A stretch of DNA of 64,000 nt from Muribaculaceae bacterium (GCA_029055345.1 JAIDDJ010000033.1:13381-77380); one strand, 5' to 3'. Counted from the stretch's first letter, positions 27,855 through 38,618 are shown. The notes: generated by a model from the sequence alone, not told the origin. A program made the numbers and translations.

Positions 27855-29528
27855 TTAGAAATTGAAAGTGTAATTGATTTTAAAACCATGCATCGGGGGA
27901 ACGGGACGACACAGACCTCCAGAACAGTCGAATCCTGCACGTGTCCTGCCGTAACTCAACATAAGACGGTTGCTTCTATATGTACCTGCTACACCGAACA
28001 TATAGTAATGTGTTCCGGTCTCACCGCAGTTCCACATGTCGCTTGCCGATACCATCAGATAGGGTGACCATGAGAATTCAACAAGCCCATATGCCCAATC
28101 CTTTTGGTCTTGCTTGGTAAACAGATATTGAAGTTCTCCGCGAAGAGTGAATTTCTTATTGATACGGTATTTGGCATCAGCCACTATTATGTTGGTGCGG
28201 ATATATTTCTCATCGGTTTCCACAATTTTTCCTACTTCATTGTTGAACAATTGGTTCATATACATGAACGTCATGGTCAGCGGAGCGGAAAAACGCTTTT
28301 CGACCTGAAGATTTATATCATAGTAGTTGCACGAGCCCATAGCGAAGAAATTGCTTACGGGACGAGCTCCGTCCGTACCCATTATGTTCCCGCCGAGCCC
28401 TTCGGGTGCTGCTTCATGCACAAGACTTGATACGTAGCTCGCATTCAGGGTGATTTTTGTGCCATAACGGCCGCCAAGTTTGGACTTGCGTGGGAAATTA
28501 TAGCTGAACTGGCCCTGATATGCCCATTCTCCCGGAGCATTCTGAGTGGCATAAGGATAAAGTGCCGGTAGCGAATATGTATGGGTGTAGGTAAATGCCG
28601 GCATATTGTTGATGAAGGCCGCTATACCATCCCTGCTACGTTGAGAGCGGAACGACATATTATAGCTGCGCTTTGCCTGAAGCATGGCACTGATTCCTTT
28701 TTTGGAGAATGAACCGCTCAGAAAATATGCTGTACCTGTCCCGTAGGTGTAATCATTGTTGTAACTCGGATCCTGACCCTTCCATGCAAATTCTCCCAGA
28801 ACCGACCATGGACCTTTTGAGAAACTTGATCTCACATCAAGAGAATTGACATACTTGGGAAGATTCAGGCGATAATTGGTTTCGGGAATAAAAATATCTT
28901 CATCCGACTCGTGCTTCAAGACGTATGAACCGCCTATCATCCAGGTCGCATTCCGGTCTGATATTGCCGGAATATAGTCCTGCATGTAAAGCTCGGCATT
29001 CGCACCATATATCTGCGACTTTTTGCTCCAATCCCAATAAACGCGCTGAACGCCGCCGAGCATTGTGAGGCGGAGGCCTCGCACTGCATTTATATTAAAT
29101 CGGCCGCCGCGGATTGCATTGTCAATTCCGAGTGCCCTGTTTTCATATGTGCGGAGTATAAATCCGCTGCCGAATTGCTCGTAAAAATCGCCGATAGTAA
29201 GGTCGAATCCCTTATACTTGCCTTTGACATAGAAATTGGAAAGACCCCATCCCGCAAAGTCATCTTCGTATCCGGGAATCGGCCATTTCATGAATTCGGC
29301 TCTTATGCCGGCATCCACATATCTGCTTGCGAGATTTACATCCGCATAAGTATTGAAAAGCATCTTGTGAGAATATGGCCCCACAGCATTAATTGCTTCA
29401 TCGATTTCAGGGAACACGATATCGGCCTGAACAGAGCCGTGAACTGCCACAGGATAATCTGCCATCGATTTGCCTGTTCCAAGACTCAGGAGTAGGACTC
29501 CGATGGCTGATATGGTTAGTTTTTTCAT
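27855..29528 (-). CDS. DUF6029-like outer-membrane beta-barrel protein
   Basis: Signal peptide; GDFYEQFGSGFILR motif; C-terminal GFDCSGGLCRPVP and terminal YTFNF. Confidence 0.85.
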   Translation of the reverse strand: MKKLTISAIGVLLLSLGTGKSMADYPVAVHGSVQADIVFPEIDEAINAVGPYSHKMLFNTYADVNLASRYVDAGIRAEFMKWPIPGYEDDFAGWGLSNFYVKGKYKGFDLTIGDFYEQFGSGFILRTYENRALGIDNAIRGGRFNINAVRGLRLTMLGGVQRVYWDWSKKSQIYGANAELYMQDYIPAISDRNATWMIGGSYVLKHESDEDIFIPETNYRLNLPKYVNSLDVRSSFSKGPWSVLGEFAWKGQDPSYNNDYTYGTGTAYFLSGSFSKKGISAMLQAKRSYNMSFRSQRSRDGIAAFINNMPAFTYTHTYSLPALYPYATQNAPGEWAYQGQFSYNFPRKSKLGGRYGTKITLNASYVSSLVHEAAPEGLGGNIMGTDGARPVSNFFAMGSCNYYDINLQVEKRFSAPLTMTFMYMNQLFNNEVGKIVETDEKYIRTNIIVADAKYRINKKFTLRGELQYLFTKQDQKDWAYGLVEFSWSPYLMVSASDMWNCGETGTHYYMFGVAGTYRSNRLMLSYGRTRAGFDCSGGLCRPVPPMHGFKINYTFNF

Positions 29529-29566
29529 GGAAACCAAGTGTTACGTTGGTGATATTGGATTATTGG

Positions 29567-30064
29567 TTATTTCGCTATCAGTTCGCGCACGAGTTCAATC
29601 AGATGCTCCTCGGAACCTTCGGTATACCCGGAATGGGATTCCACTATCTTGCCGTTACCATCGACTACCACGATGTGTGGAGGATCCTGGCAGCCCATTG
29701 TCCTTGCGAAGTCCTTACTTTGGTCAAGAAGTATTTCATATTCCCATCCCTTGGCATCGGCCAGAGGTTTAACTCTGGAGGCATTCTGAGCCTCATCTAT
29801 TGATATGGCATAAACTTTTACTCCGGTCTCTTCTACCCAGTCAGCGTAATTATCGTTGATGGCATTCAACTCGCGGATACAGGGCTTGCACCACGTGGCC
29901 CAAAAACTGATGATAAACGGCTTCCCATCATTACTGAGTGTGGAGGAGTCCACAGGTTTGCCTGACGTATCCTTGAGCTGGATACTCGGAAGTTGCGCAT
30001 TGCTCATCAGTGAGCTCATCGCTATGGCGATGACTGTAAGTAAAGTTTTGATTGTCGTATTCAT
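29567..30064 (-). CDS. TlpA/ResA-family periplasmic thiol-disulfide reductase
   Basis: Signal peptide; SFWATWCKPC; start MNTTIK at 30064. Confidence 0.92.
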   Translation of the reverse strand: MNTTIKTLLTVIAIAMSSLMSNAQLPSIQLKDTSGKPVDSSTLSNDGKPFIISFWATWCKPCIRELNAINDNYADWVEETGVKVYAISIDEAQNASRVKPLADAKGWEYEILLDQSKDFARTMGCQDPPHIVVVDGNGKIVESHSGYTEGSEEHLIELVRELIAK

Positions 30065-30085
30065 AATGCGGTTTTTATTTTCAGA

Positions 30086-30140
30086 TTTTGATTTTGAAAA
30101 CTTCAAAATCAAAAATAGGGCTATTTTCCGAATTATCCAA
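30086..30140 (-). promoter_or_regulatory. Promoter (TTTG-N20-TATTTTTG) overlapped by a 13-bp perfect palindrome, candidate operator
   Basis: TTTTGATTTTGAA-aac-TTCAAAATCAAAA at 30086-30114; -7 box at 30116-30109 on the minus strand. Confidence 0.6.
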
Positions 30141-30202
30141 ATTTAATTCTATATTTTAGCTATATTTTATGAATTTTCTATTTCAGAAGGGAAGATTCTG
30201 TG

Positions 30203-32209
30203 TTAATTTGGCTTCATCATGCCATTCCTGTATGCATAGAGGAGTTCTCTGAGTTCGTTGATCTGCGATTGTAGTTCAGCTCCTTTATCTGTGTCGCGCA
30301 CGCGCACCCGGTTCTGACTTAATTCCACAAGTTGGGTGGTGGATTTGATATCTGTTCCAAGGCGTATGGCTTCTTCCGTGCTGCTGAAGGGTTCATGTTG
30401 CACAAGTTCGAAACCTCGGGAATGATACACGAGTGTGTAGCCTGCTATGCCGGTGGTGTCGTGATAGGCCTTTGCGAAACCACCGTCGATTACCATCAGT
30501 TTGCCGTTCGCTTTTACTGGCTTTTCCCCTTTACCGGCTTTCACAGGGACATGACCGTTGATGATATGCCGATGTTCGCCTTTCACTTCAAAAGCATCCA
30601 GTATCCCATCCACAACCTCCTCTTGCTCTCGAAGCATATAGTAATATCCTTTGGGCTCTTCATGGGTAGATTTATCCGCGACGAAATATCTCTCGAACGT
30701 GGTCATGGCTTCTTTGTCAAACAGCGGGGAATCGGGTCCGCACCACAAATACCAGTAATAGTCGCGGGCATATTCTTTGACTTTCGACGGTGTATCATGG
30801 TTGAATGCTGAGCGCATCAGTGTTCCGATTGATTGCAATAGCGCTTTGCCCGACATTGGTTTACCCATTACTTCAATTTCCTTGAGTGAGCCGTCTGAAT
30901 TGAGAGGCACAGAAGCATGGAACATCAGGTTGGAATTGGTGATGTTGTATAAGCAGCCATGATTCAGCAGGAGATATATGTGCCGACTGAGTTTGTCACT
31001 TATCATAAACGAGCGGTGAAGCTTATCGACAAGGTTCTGTTCCTCTTCTGTAAGACGATAGGGGTCCTCGGGATCGATCGTCGGGAAATTCGAGTCGGTC
31101 ATCGGGTATTCCTTCCCTTTTATTGTCACTGTCTTGAAATCCGGACTAAGCGCGCTCAGCAGTTTCCGGTTTTCCATTTTCCATTCCGGATGCTTTTCAA
31201 TCATCTGGCCCTCCAGTTTGAACTGTATAACCGAGATTGCCTTATGCATCATGGCCATCAAGGTTTTATGGCGTTCATCCTCGCCTTTCCTGTCCTTGTC
31301 ACATTTGGGTCGGAACACTTTGCAATTGTCATTTCCGTAAGTTTCCATCGCGAAAGTGGCCAGAGGAAGTAGATTTATTCCATAACCCTCCTCGAGTGTA
31401 TCCATATTTGCATATCTTAGAGCTATGCGGAGCACATTTGCAATGCAGCAGTCATTACCGGCAGCGGCCCCCATCCACAGGGCATCGTGATTTCCCCATT
31501 GGATATCAAAGCCATTGTATTGTGCCAGAGTATCGAGAATGATATGGGCGCCCTGACCTCTATCGTAAATATCACCGAGTATATGGAGACGGTCGATACT
31601 CAGCCGCTGGATCACATTGCATATAGCGATTATGAAATCATCTGCCTGACCGGTTGATATAATGGTCTCCACTATTCGGCTGTAATATTGTTGCTTGCTC
31701 TCTCCGCTCGGAGCCTCGTGCAAAAGCTCTTCGATGATATAGGCATATTCCTTCGGTAGCGCTTTGCGCACTTTGGATCGCGTGTATTTGGAAGAAACGC
31801 TTTGTAACACTTTTACCAGACGGTGTAGAGTGATATTATAAAAATTGCTCAGATTCTTTTCTTCTTCCCTGATTAATTCAAGCTTTTGTTCGGGATAGTA
31901 GATAAGTGAGCAAAACTGAGCAAGATCGGAATCCCGCATATCATTACCATAAATCTCTCTCACCTTTCTTTTTATATTCCCCGAAGCGTTCTTGAGGATA
32001 TGTCGGAAAGCCTCGTCCTCACCGTGAAGGTCTGCCACAAAGTGCTCCGTGCCCTTCGGAAGATTTAGTATTGCCTCAAGGTTGATTATCTCACTGCTGG
32101 CAGCGCTGATCGTCCCGAAATTCTGAGATAGGAGTTCAAGAATACGGCGGTCGTTTTCAATTTGTGTCTGCGAGTAGCGGACGGGTGTGTTTTCAGAGCT
32201 CATATGCAT
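30203..32209 (-). CDS. fbp: Fructose-1,6-bisphosphatase class III
   Basis: LNLPKGTEHF, DLHGE, GDIYDRG, WGNHD, NGHVP, IDGGF; start at 32209 or 32203. Confidence 0.95.
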   Translation of the reverse strand: MHMSSENTPVRYSQTQIENDRRILELLSQNFGTISAASSEIINLEAILNLPKGTEHFVADLHGEDEAFRHILKNASGNIKRKVREIYGNDMRDSDLAQFCSLIYYPEQKLELIREEEKNLSNFYNITLHRLVKVLQSVSSKYTRSKVRKALPKEYAYIIEELLHEAPSGESKQQYYSRIVETIISTGQADDFIIAICNVIQRLSIDRLHILGDIYDRGQGAHIILDTLAQYNGFDIQWGNHDALWMGAAAGNDCCIANVLRIALRYANMDTLEEGYGINLLPLATFAMETYGNDNCKVFRPKCDKDRKGEDERHKTLMAMMHKAISVIQFKLEGQMIEKHPEWKMENRKLLSALSPDFKTVTIKGKEYPMTDSNFPTIDPEDPYRLTEEEQNLVDKLHRSFMISDKLSRHIYLLLNHGCLYNITNSNLMFHASVPLNSDGSLKEIEVMGKPMSGKALLQSIGTLMRSAFNHDTPSKVKEYARDYYWYLWCGPDSPLFDKEAMTTFERYFVADKSTHEEPKGYYYMLREQEEVVDGILDAFEVKGEHRHIINGHVPVKAGKGEKPVKANGKLMVIDGGFAKAYHDTTGIAGYTLVYHSRGFELVQHEPFSSTEEAIRLGTDIKSTTQLVELSQNRVRVRDTDKGAELQSQINELRELLYAYRNGMMKPN

Positions 32210-32331
32210 GGAATTAAATAGAGTGAAAAGAGTATTCAAATCAGATTATTACCATATCTCCGGTTAATAATTCACAAATATACGATTTTTTTTGTAATTT
32301 TGTATATGAATATCTCGCGAATAAAAAAATA

Positions 32332-33411
32332 ATGGATATCTCATCACTACTGCCACTTTTCGGAGCCACCCCCCATGCCTCAAGACCTCTCATCATCGCA
32401 GGTCCATGCAGTGTGGAGTCGCCTCGCCAGATATCCGAAGTTGCTCAGGCTCTTTCCCTGGAGGGTATCAAGTATCTGAGGGCCGGTATCTGGAAGCCGA
32501 GAACGCACCCCGGCTCATTCGAAGGTGTAGGTGCCCGTGGTCTGAAATGGCTCGTTTCAGCTGCTGTCGCCAACGATATGATTCCTCTGACCGAAGTGGC
32601 TAATGCTTCTCATCTGCGGTCTGCATTAAGAGCCGGTATAAAAAATTTTTGGATCGGCGCAAGAACTGCAGCCAATCCTTTTGCTGTGCAGGAACTTGCA
32701 GATGAATTCGCACTTCTCAATCCGTCTTTGAGAGAATCTGTAACTGTTCTTGTGAAGAATCCGGTTAATCCTGACATCGAACTCTGGATCGGCTCAATCC
32801 AAAGGTTGTATTCGGCCGGTATCCGGAGACTTGGAGCTATTCATCGGGGTTTCAGTTCATATGGCGAGAAAACTTTCAGAAACCGCCCTGAATGGAGAAT
32901 CCCGATAGAATTGAAGCGTCGGATTCCTGAATTGCCTGTGATATGCGACCCGAGTCACATCGCGGGCCGCAGGGGGCTTGTCGAGGAAGTGGCGCGTCAG
33001 GCGATGGAGATGGATTTTGACGGTCTGATCATAGAAGCCCATTGTTTTCCCGATGATGCTTTGAGTGACCGGGAGCAGCAACTCACTCCCTCCGCTTTAG
33101 GACATCTTATAAAATCTCTCGGTCATAGGTGTAATGACTCGGGTGCAACCTCATGCCTAAAGGCTTGTAGAGATGAGATTGACGGTATTGACAGGGAAAT
33201 CATAGCCCTTCTGTCAAGACGGATGGATGTTGCGCGAGAAATAGGTGAAATGAAACGTCGTGAATCCATACCTGTCGTGCAACCCGACAGATATAAAGCT
33301 CTTATGGAGGAAAGAATCGATGACGCTGCGAGACTTAACCTGTCGCCTGAGTTCCTACGTAGGATTTTCAGTATCATTCACGATGAATCAGTGAATCAGC
33401 AACTTTCTTAA
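32332..33411 (+). CDS. Bifunctional DAHP synthase / chorismate mutase
   Basis: IIAGPCSVES, WKPRT, IGART, CDPSH; C-terminal AroQ-type RDEIDGIDREII..RR domain. Confidence 0.93.
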   Translation: MDISSLLPLFGATPHASRPLIIAGPCSVESPRQISEVAQALSLEGIKYLRAGIWKPRTHPGSFEGVGARGLKWLVSAAVANDMIPLTEVANASHLRSALRAGIKNFWIGARTAANPFAVQELADEFALLNPSLRESVTVLVKNPVNPDIELWIGSIQRLYSAGIRRLGAIHRGFSSYGEKTFRNRPEWRIPIELKRRIPELPVICDPSHIAGRRGLVEEVARQAMEMDFDGLIIEAHCFPDDALSDREQQLTPSALGHLIKSLGHRCNDSGATSCLKACRDEIDGIDREIIALLSRRMDVAREIGEMKRRESIPVVQPDRYKALMEERIDDAARLNLSPEFLRRIFSIIHDESVNQQLS

Positions 33412-33420
33412 TAATTGCGT

Positions 33421-33831
33421 ATGAAAGAGGTCCCTCATATCATTCAATTGCCGCGCCACCTTGACCCGCGAGGCAACCTTGCCGTAATTGAGGAAGGGCG
33501 TGAAGTACCTTTCAAAATTGCTCGATGCCATTGGATTTACGATGTGCCGGGGGGTGGCGGCAGAGAGGGGCACGCCTATTTCAACAACCGCGAACTGATC
33601 ATTGCCCTTTCGGGCTCGTTCGATGTGATTGTTACCGATGGTGAGGGTACGCACACTTTCACCTTGAATCGTTCTTATATGGGTCTGTATATTCCTCCAT
33701 TGACTTGGCGTGAACTAACTAATTTTTCCACTAATGCGGTGGTTGTGGTAGTCAGTTCCTTGCCTTTTGACGAGAAAGAATATATTCCTGATTTTGATGA
33801 GTATAAAAAATTGATAGAGAAGAATGAATAA
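33421..33831 (+). CDS. FdtA/QdtA-family cupin (sugar 3,4-ketoisomerase-like), copy 1
   Basis: DPRGNL..PFKIAR..YDVPGG..GHAY. Confidence 0.88.
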   Translation: MKEVPHIIQLPRHLDPRGNLAVIEEGREVPFKIARCHWIYDVPGGGGREGHAYFNNRELIIALSGSFDVIVTDGEGTHTFTLNRSYMGLYIPPLTWRELTNFSTNAVVVVVSSLPFDEKEYIPDFDEYKKLIEKNE

Positions 33832-34246
33832 ATTGACCAAAGTGAACGACTGCAAGATGATATCGCTTGAGAAATATCCAAGTGAGCGGCTCGGTAATCT
33901 TTCGGTCGTGGAATCCATGAACTCTCTTCCTTTTGACATCAAAAGGATGTTCTTTATTTATGATGTGCCCGGTGGTGAATCCCGCGGTGGCCACTCCCAT
34001 AGAGAAATTCGCGAATTTATCGTGGCCGCTTCAGGTAGCTTTCTGATAACTCTTGATGATGGTGTTGAAACGCGAACCGTAATGATGAATCAGCCGTATA
34101 ACGGACTTCTTGTCGAACCGGGCATCTGGATAACTCTCCACGATTTCTCTTCGGGTGCGATTGCGCTGGTTTTCACTTCTGACCTTTTTAATCCCGATGA
34201 CCATATAAAAGATTACCGCGTATTCCTTGAATCCCGTAATAAGTAA
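33824..34246 (+). CDS. FdtA/QdtA-family cupin, copy 2
   Basis: GNLSVVE..PFDIKR..YDVPGGESRGGHSH. Confidence 0.88.
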   Translation: MNKLTKVNDCKMISLEKYPSERLGNLSVVESMNSLPFDIKRMFFIYDVPGGESRGGHSHREIREFIVAASGSFLITLDDGVETRTVMMNQPYNGLLVEPGIWITLHDFSSGAIALVFTSDLFNPDDHIKDYRVFLESRNK

Positions 34247-34268
34247 TTACCTTAAATATCAGATAGAA

Positions 34269-34451
34269 ATGGAAGATATTTTACCCAAGGATCCATTTAT
34301 GTTGCTGAGTTTCATCAATATGAAATTGCGTGATGAATACAAAGATCTTGATGACCTGTGTGCCTCTATGGATATTGATAAAGAAGAATTGGTGGAAAAA
34401 CTTAAAAATGCAGGATTTGAATATATTCCCCAAATTAAGCAGTTCAGATAA
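34269..34451 (+). CDS. DUF4250-family small protein
   Basis: LPKDPFMLLSFINMKLRDEY..LDDLC..GFEY..QF. Confidence 0.85.
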   Translation: MEDILPKDPFMLLSFINMKLRDEYKDLDDLCASMDIDKEELVEKLKNAGFEYIPQIKQFR

Positions 34452-34512
34452 CAATATGCTTAAGAATTTTGACCCAAATGGGAAGGAGCCATAGACCCCT
34501 ATACGCCAAAAT

Positions 34513-35877
34513 TTATTTCTTCTTCTTCCTTCCAAGAGCATAAACAGGTCTATAAGTCAGGCTGTTAAGGTGCGCCATATCTTTGACCGAAATGCCCGGA
34601 CCTTGCGCTGAACCCCCGACCCCGGTATGCTTCAGGTGCATCAGCATTTCACGCACTGATTTGAATTCTACGCGGATTTCATCTTCAATAACCTGAATTT
34701 CGTCATAGTCCCTTTCGAGCCATTTGCGCAATTCTTCAGCCCGCGGGTAAATCAATGGAGCAGGGCGATATGCATCAAGCTCCGACATATTCCCCGGTAA
34801 GAATGTTGATATGGCAAGGATTCCGTCAGCACGCAATCTTTCACTGCATAAATGTAGAAATCGAGGAATGTCGGCGAACCATTGTATAGCCGATGCAGAA
34901 AGAATCATGTCCCATTGTTGATGATTGCGCTCTATCCATTTTTCCGCATCTTCAATAAAATATTCTTCATCGTCAGCGATTTTGAATGGGCCCGTAGAGG
35001 TAATATCCACAAATGTTGCTTTTGACGGATGAACGATACGGGAATATTCGCGGGTGAATAGGCCGGTGCCGCATCCTATCTCAAGTATTTTCGGGAATGA
35101 GGGGAACCTTCGTTCGCCGAGAAGACCCGCGAGTTTGATCGCCGAGGAATACTGTGCGATTGCATGTGTGTCATAAGTATCAGCGGCTTTGTGAAATCTG
35201 TGTGCAACTGTCTCCGTGTCGGCTATTGTCATTCTGATTATTGCGTTGAAGTCAGGATAGTGGTGTCCCTCAAGCTCGACTATTTCTGTATCAGGCTCCA
35301 TTTCCCATGCATTCTTTTGATTAGCCGGAGGGAAAATTCTGTCATCCCGGGATATGTAAGCCCTAACCCATGGCAGCTCTTTGATAGCGGAATCTTCCTT
35401 TGTAAATTGAAGATCAAGTATTGCAGACAATTGTTTTTTAAGGCCTTCTATATCGGCAGGCCCTGTTTTATCAAACACTTCAAGCATCTGCTTATCCCCG
35501 TACATCCGAAGCCTGAATTTTTTTAAGTTTCTTTCATCGAGAGTTGAGAGTGTTCCATTATATATTGCAATAGGAATCCCCTTGTTATCGTCTGCAGGCG
35601 ATAGTGTCCCATTGATTGCGAAAGCGCACGTTATTTTGTCGGCCGGAATAAGTCTTGATGCTGCAAATACACCCAGTGACCATGCGTAGAGATATACCGT
35701 ATAGTAAGAATTCAGAAAACTGCTGTCAATTTCCAAATCTGAGAAATCGTGAATGATTGCCATGTCCCACCCTTTTATTGAAATATCGGGTATAACTTCA
35801 GGGCCTGTGCTCCAGCCGCAGACAATGAGGATTAGTCGGGTATTTTCAGGTTGTCGTGTAAGGAATTCAATCTTCAT
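34513..35877 (-). CDS. Fused pimeloyl-ACP methyl esterase BioG (DUF452) and malonyl-ACP O-methyltransferase BioC
   Basis: N-half GWS, AWSLG, DRIFP, HYP; C-half F.KA..TYD..A..Q, LEIGCGTG, LTYRP. Confidence 0.9.
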   Translation of the reverse strand: MKIEFLTRQPENTRLILIVCGWSTGPEVIPDISIKGWDMAIIHDFSDLEIDSSFLNSYYTVYLYAWSLGVFAASRLIPADKITCAFAINGTLSPADDNKGIPIAIYNGTLSTLDERNLKKFRLRMYGDKQMLEVFDKTGPADIEGLKKQLSAILDLQFTKEDSAIKELPWVRAYISRDDRIFPPANQKNAWEMEPDTEIVELEGHHYPDFNAIIRMTIADTETVAHRFHKAADTYDTHAIAQYSSAIKLAGLLGERRFPSFPKILEIGCGTGLFTREYSRIVHPSKATFVDITSTGPFKIADDEEYFIEDAEKWIERNHQQWDMILSASAIQWFADIPRFLHLCSERLRADGILAISTFLPGNMSELDAYRPAPLIYPRAEELRKWLERDYDEIQVIEDEIRVEFKSVREMLMHLKHTGVGGSAQGPGISVKDMAHLNSLTYRPVYALGRKKKK

Positions 35878-35983
35878 CGTTCACATTCTTATGGTTCTGA
35901 AGTAGTTTAAACGGAATTGGAGGTTAATGACGATAGCCTTGAGCAAACACATTTAAACACTTATCGGTTTTATTAACAAAAGA

Positions 35984-37126
35984 TTAAACAACGACTTTGT
36001 TGTAAACTCTGGAAACAATTTCAAGTATTTTTTCAACATTTTCATCAGAGAGTGATGCATGTAAGGAGAATCTGATTCTTTCTCCTCCAGGGGGTACGGT
36101 TGGTCGGCGTATAGGTAATGCAAGAATCCCTTCCAATTCCAAAAGGTATGATAATTTCAAAGCGTTTTCAGCATTTCCCGCCGGTAATGGAACGATGGCA
36201 GAACGTGATGTGTTTGGCATGCCCGTTATCTCCTTCACGCCTTCCCTGAATTTGGATGCAATGCAACTTAGATGATTCCTTTCTTCTTCCATATCTGCTA
36301 ATTTCTTAAGCATGAAAAGTGTCCAGGCAGCATTAATTGGTGGTATCATGGTGGAGAAAATGAAGCTCCTCGCCGTATTGATAAGATAGGATTTTAGTTC
36401 CTCGCGCATCACTGCAAATGCTCCTTGGGATGCGACAGCTTTCCCAAATGTGCCGACAATTATATCTACTTCTGGCAGCAGGTGCTCTTTAGCTGTCACC
36501 CCGGCTCCTTTAGGCCCGGTTACTCCTATGGCATGGGCTTCATCGACATATAATATTATCTTGGGAAACCTCCTTTTAAGGTCGGCAATCCGGGATAATG
36601 ATCCCAGATCACCGTCCATACTGTAAATGGATTCGCATACGATGATTATTCGGTCGTAACCGGAATATTCTTTTTCGATTATTCTCTCAAGGTGGGATAT
36701 GTCATTATGATTGAATCTCGTGAAATTCCCTTTCCCCAGCCTTACTCCGTCAATTGCAGAAGCATGGATTAGTCTGTCTGTTATTATAAGAGTACCGGGT
36801 ATTGAGAGAGCGGGAAGAATTCCTACATTGGCATGGTAGCCCGAATTGAAAAGAAGTACTGGTCTGGAATATGTGGATTCAAGATAGTTCTCGAGTTGAT
36901 AATATATATCCTGATCCGTAGCCAGAAGTCTGGAGGCGGAAGATGTCATTCCCTGACTCCCAAACAGATTGAAGAAATCCTTTTTCCATTGATTGGCTCG
37001 CGCAGCGAGTCCCATATAGTCATTGGATGTCAAATCTATTAGCGAGTCTTCTCCTCGATGCGGTGGAATCGATCTTAATCTGCTTTCGTCTCCGAATATT
37101 TTGAGAATCTCATTATATCCGTTCAT
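35984..37126 (-). CDS. bioF: 8-amino-7-oxononanoate synthase
   Basis: [40 protein letters not shown]. Confidence 0.95.
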   Translation of the reverse strand: MNGYNEILKIFGDESRLRSIPPHRGEDSLIDLTSNDYMGLAARANQWKKDFFNLFGSQGMTSSASRLLATDQDIYYQLENYLESTYSRPVLLFNSGYHANVGILPALSIPGTLIITDRLIHASAIDGVRLGKGNFTRFNHNDISHLERIIEKEYSGYDRIIIVCESIYSMDGDLGSLSRIADLKRRFPKIILYVDEAHAIGVTGPKGAGVTAKEHLLPEVDIIVGTFGKAVASQGAFAVMREELKSYLINTARSFIFSTMIPPINAAWTLFMLKKLADMEEERNHLSCIASKFREGVKEITGMPNTSRSAIVPLPAGNAENALKLSYLLELEGILALPIRRPTVPPGGERIRFSLHASLSDENVEKILEIVSRVYNKVVV

Positions 37127-38399
37127 TTTCTTCGTTTACCAATTTAAGGAGAGTCCTGCATAGATATTTCATTTGTTCATCGCTTACAGCCAGATATGGA
37201 GGCATGATGTAGGCGTTCTTACCAAACGGTCTTATCCATACACCTTCCTCCACACAGCGCTTTTGAAAATGAGCAAGGTTGACGTCATTCTTCAGTTGGA
37301 TTACTCCTATACCACCTAAGACCCTCACATCCTCCACATTATCTAATTCCCACGCCGGAGTGAGTTCCCGCTTCATTATAGTCTCCAGCTGCATCACCCG
37401 TTCCTGCCAATTTTGAGAGAGGAGGAGTTTGGTTGAGGCTAAAGCTACCGCGCAAGCCAAAGGGTTACCCATAAATGTCGGACCATGCATCATGACCCCG
37501 CTCTGAGAATTGGAAATCATATCGGCGGTACGTTCATTCGTTGCCACAGCAGCAAAAGTCATGAATCCTCCTGTAATTGCTTTTCCTATAAGCATTATAT
37601 CCGGTTCAACGCCGGCATGTTCCCATGCGAACAATTTTCCTGTCCGTCCGAATCCGGTCGCAATCTCATCGAATATCAACAAGACATTGTTGGCATCGCA
37701 TTCTTTTCTCAATTCTCTGAGGTATTGGGGGTGATAGAATCGCATTCCGCCGGCACCCTGGACTATTGGCTCGAGAATTACTGCAGCGAGGCTTGATGCA
37801 TTCTCCTTTATGATTTTCCTCATTGGTTCGAAATCATCAGGATTCCAGTCATCGTGAAAGCCACATTTGGGTGCGGGAGCGAAATAGCGTATGGGTAAGG
37901 CCGGACCGAACGCTCCATGCATACCGGTGACTGGGTCGCAGACCGACATGGCATTCCATGTGTCGCCATGGTATCCACTCCGGATGGTAGCGAAATTAGT
38001 TTTCTCAGGGTTATCGTGAGCCTGCACAGCCATTTTCATCGCCACTTCTGTAGCTACAGAGCCAGAATCGGCATAGAAGATATGTTCCATACTCGGGGGA
38101 AGTATTTCCAGAAGCAATTTTCCGAGTTCGATGGCCGGTTCATGTGTGAGGCCGCCGAACATCACATGCGACATCTTTTCAATCTGGCGCTTGGCTGCAT
38201 CAACCAAAACCGGATGACTGTATCCATGGATTACGCACCACCACGATGACATACCGTCAATCAGCTCGCGCCCATCCGAAAGAGTAATTGTTGCCCCCTG
38301 GGCGTGATCAACCTTATAGGTAGGCAAAGGTGAATGTGTGGATGTATAAGGATGCCATAGGTGATCCCGGTCAAACCGGTCATGTATTTTGGATTCCAT
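37113..38399 (-). CDS. bioA: Adenosylmethionine-8-amino-7-oxononanoate transaminase
   Basis: [44 protein letters not shown]. Confidence 0.97.
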   Translation of the reverse strand: MESKIHDRFDRDHLWHPYTSTHSPLPTYKVDHAQGATITLSDGRELIDGMSSWWCVIHGYSHPVLVDAAKRQIEKMSHVMFGGLTHEPAIELGKLLLEILPPSMEHIFYADSGSVATEVAMKMAVQAHDNPEKTNFATIRSGYHGDTWNAMSVCDPVTGMHGAFGPALPIRYFAPAPKCGFHDDWNPDDFEPMRKIIKENASSLAAVILEPIVQGAGGMRFYHPQYLRELRKECDANNVLLIFDEIATGFGRTGKLFAWEHAGVEPDIMLIGKAITGGFMTFAAVATNERTADMISNSQSGVMMHGPTFMGNPLACAVALASTKLLLSQNWQERVMQLETIMKRELTPAWELDNVEDVRVLGGIGVIQLKNDVNLAHFQKRCVEEGVWIRPFGKNAYIMPPYLAVSDEQMKYLCRTLLKLVNEENERI

Positions 38400-38618
38400 T
38401 CTCTGTTATAGTTATACTTTATGTAGTTCTTTACACTAATTCTTGAATTAAATCATTTGGAGGAGTATTGACATTTCTTGATATGTGTCTGCGAACACAA
38501 ATTTATAAAAAATATTTGATTTATTAGTTTGTTTTAGTAAATTTGCATTTAAACGGAGTAATTATCATAAAATAAATTCCCCCGTGAAAGGAGTTGGTTA
38601 GTTCCAATTATTCAGGAG

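Noticed and set aside
34478-34500. TGGGAAGGAGCCATAGACC resembling the 3' end of a cobalamin riboswitch
   Set aside because: There is no room or match for the 5' core, it lies between convergent genes, and no co-oriented gene follows.
38400-38520. BirA-type operator upstream of bioA
   Set aside because: No TGTAAAC-N14/15-GTTTACA-like dyad was found.
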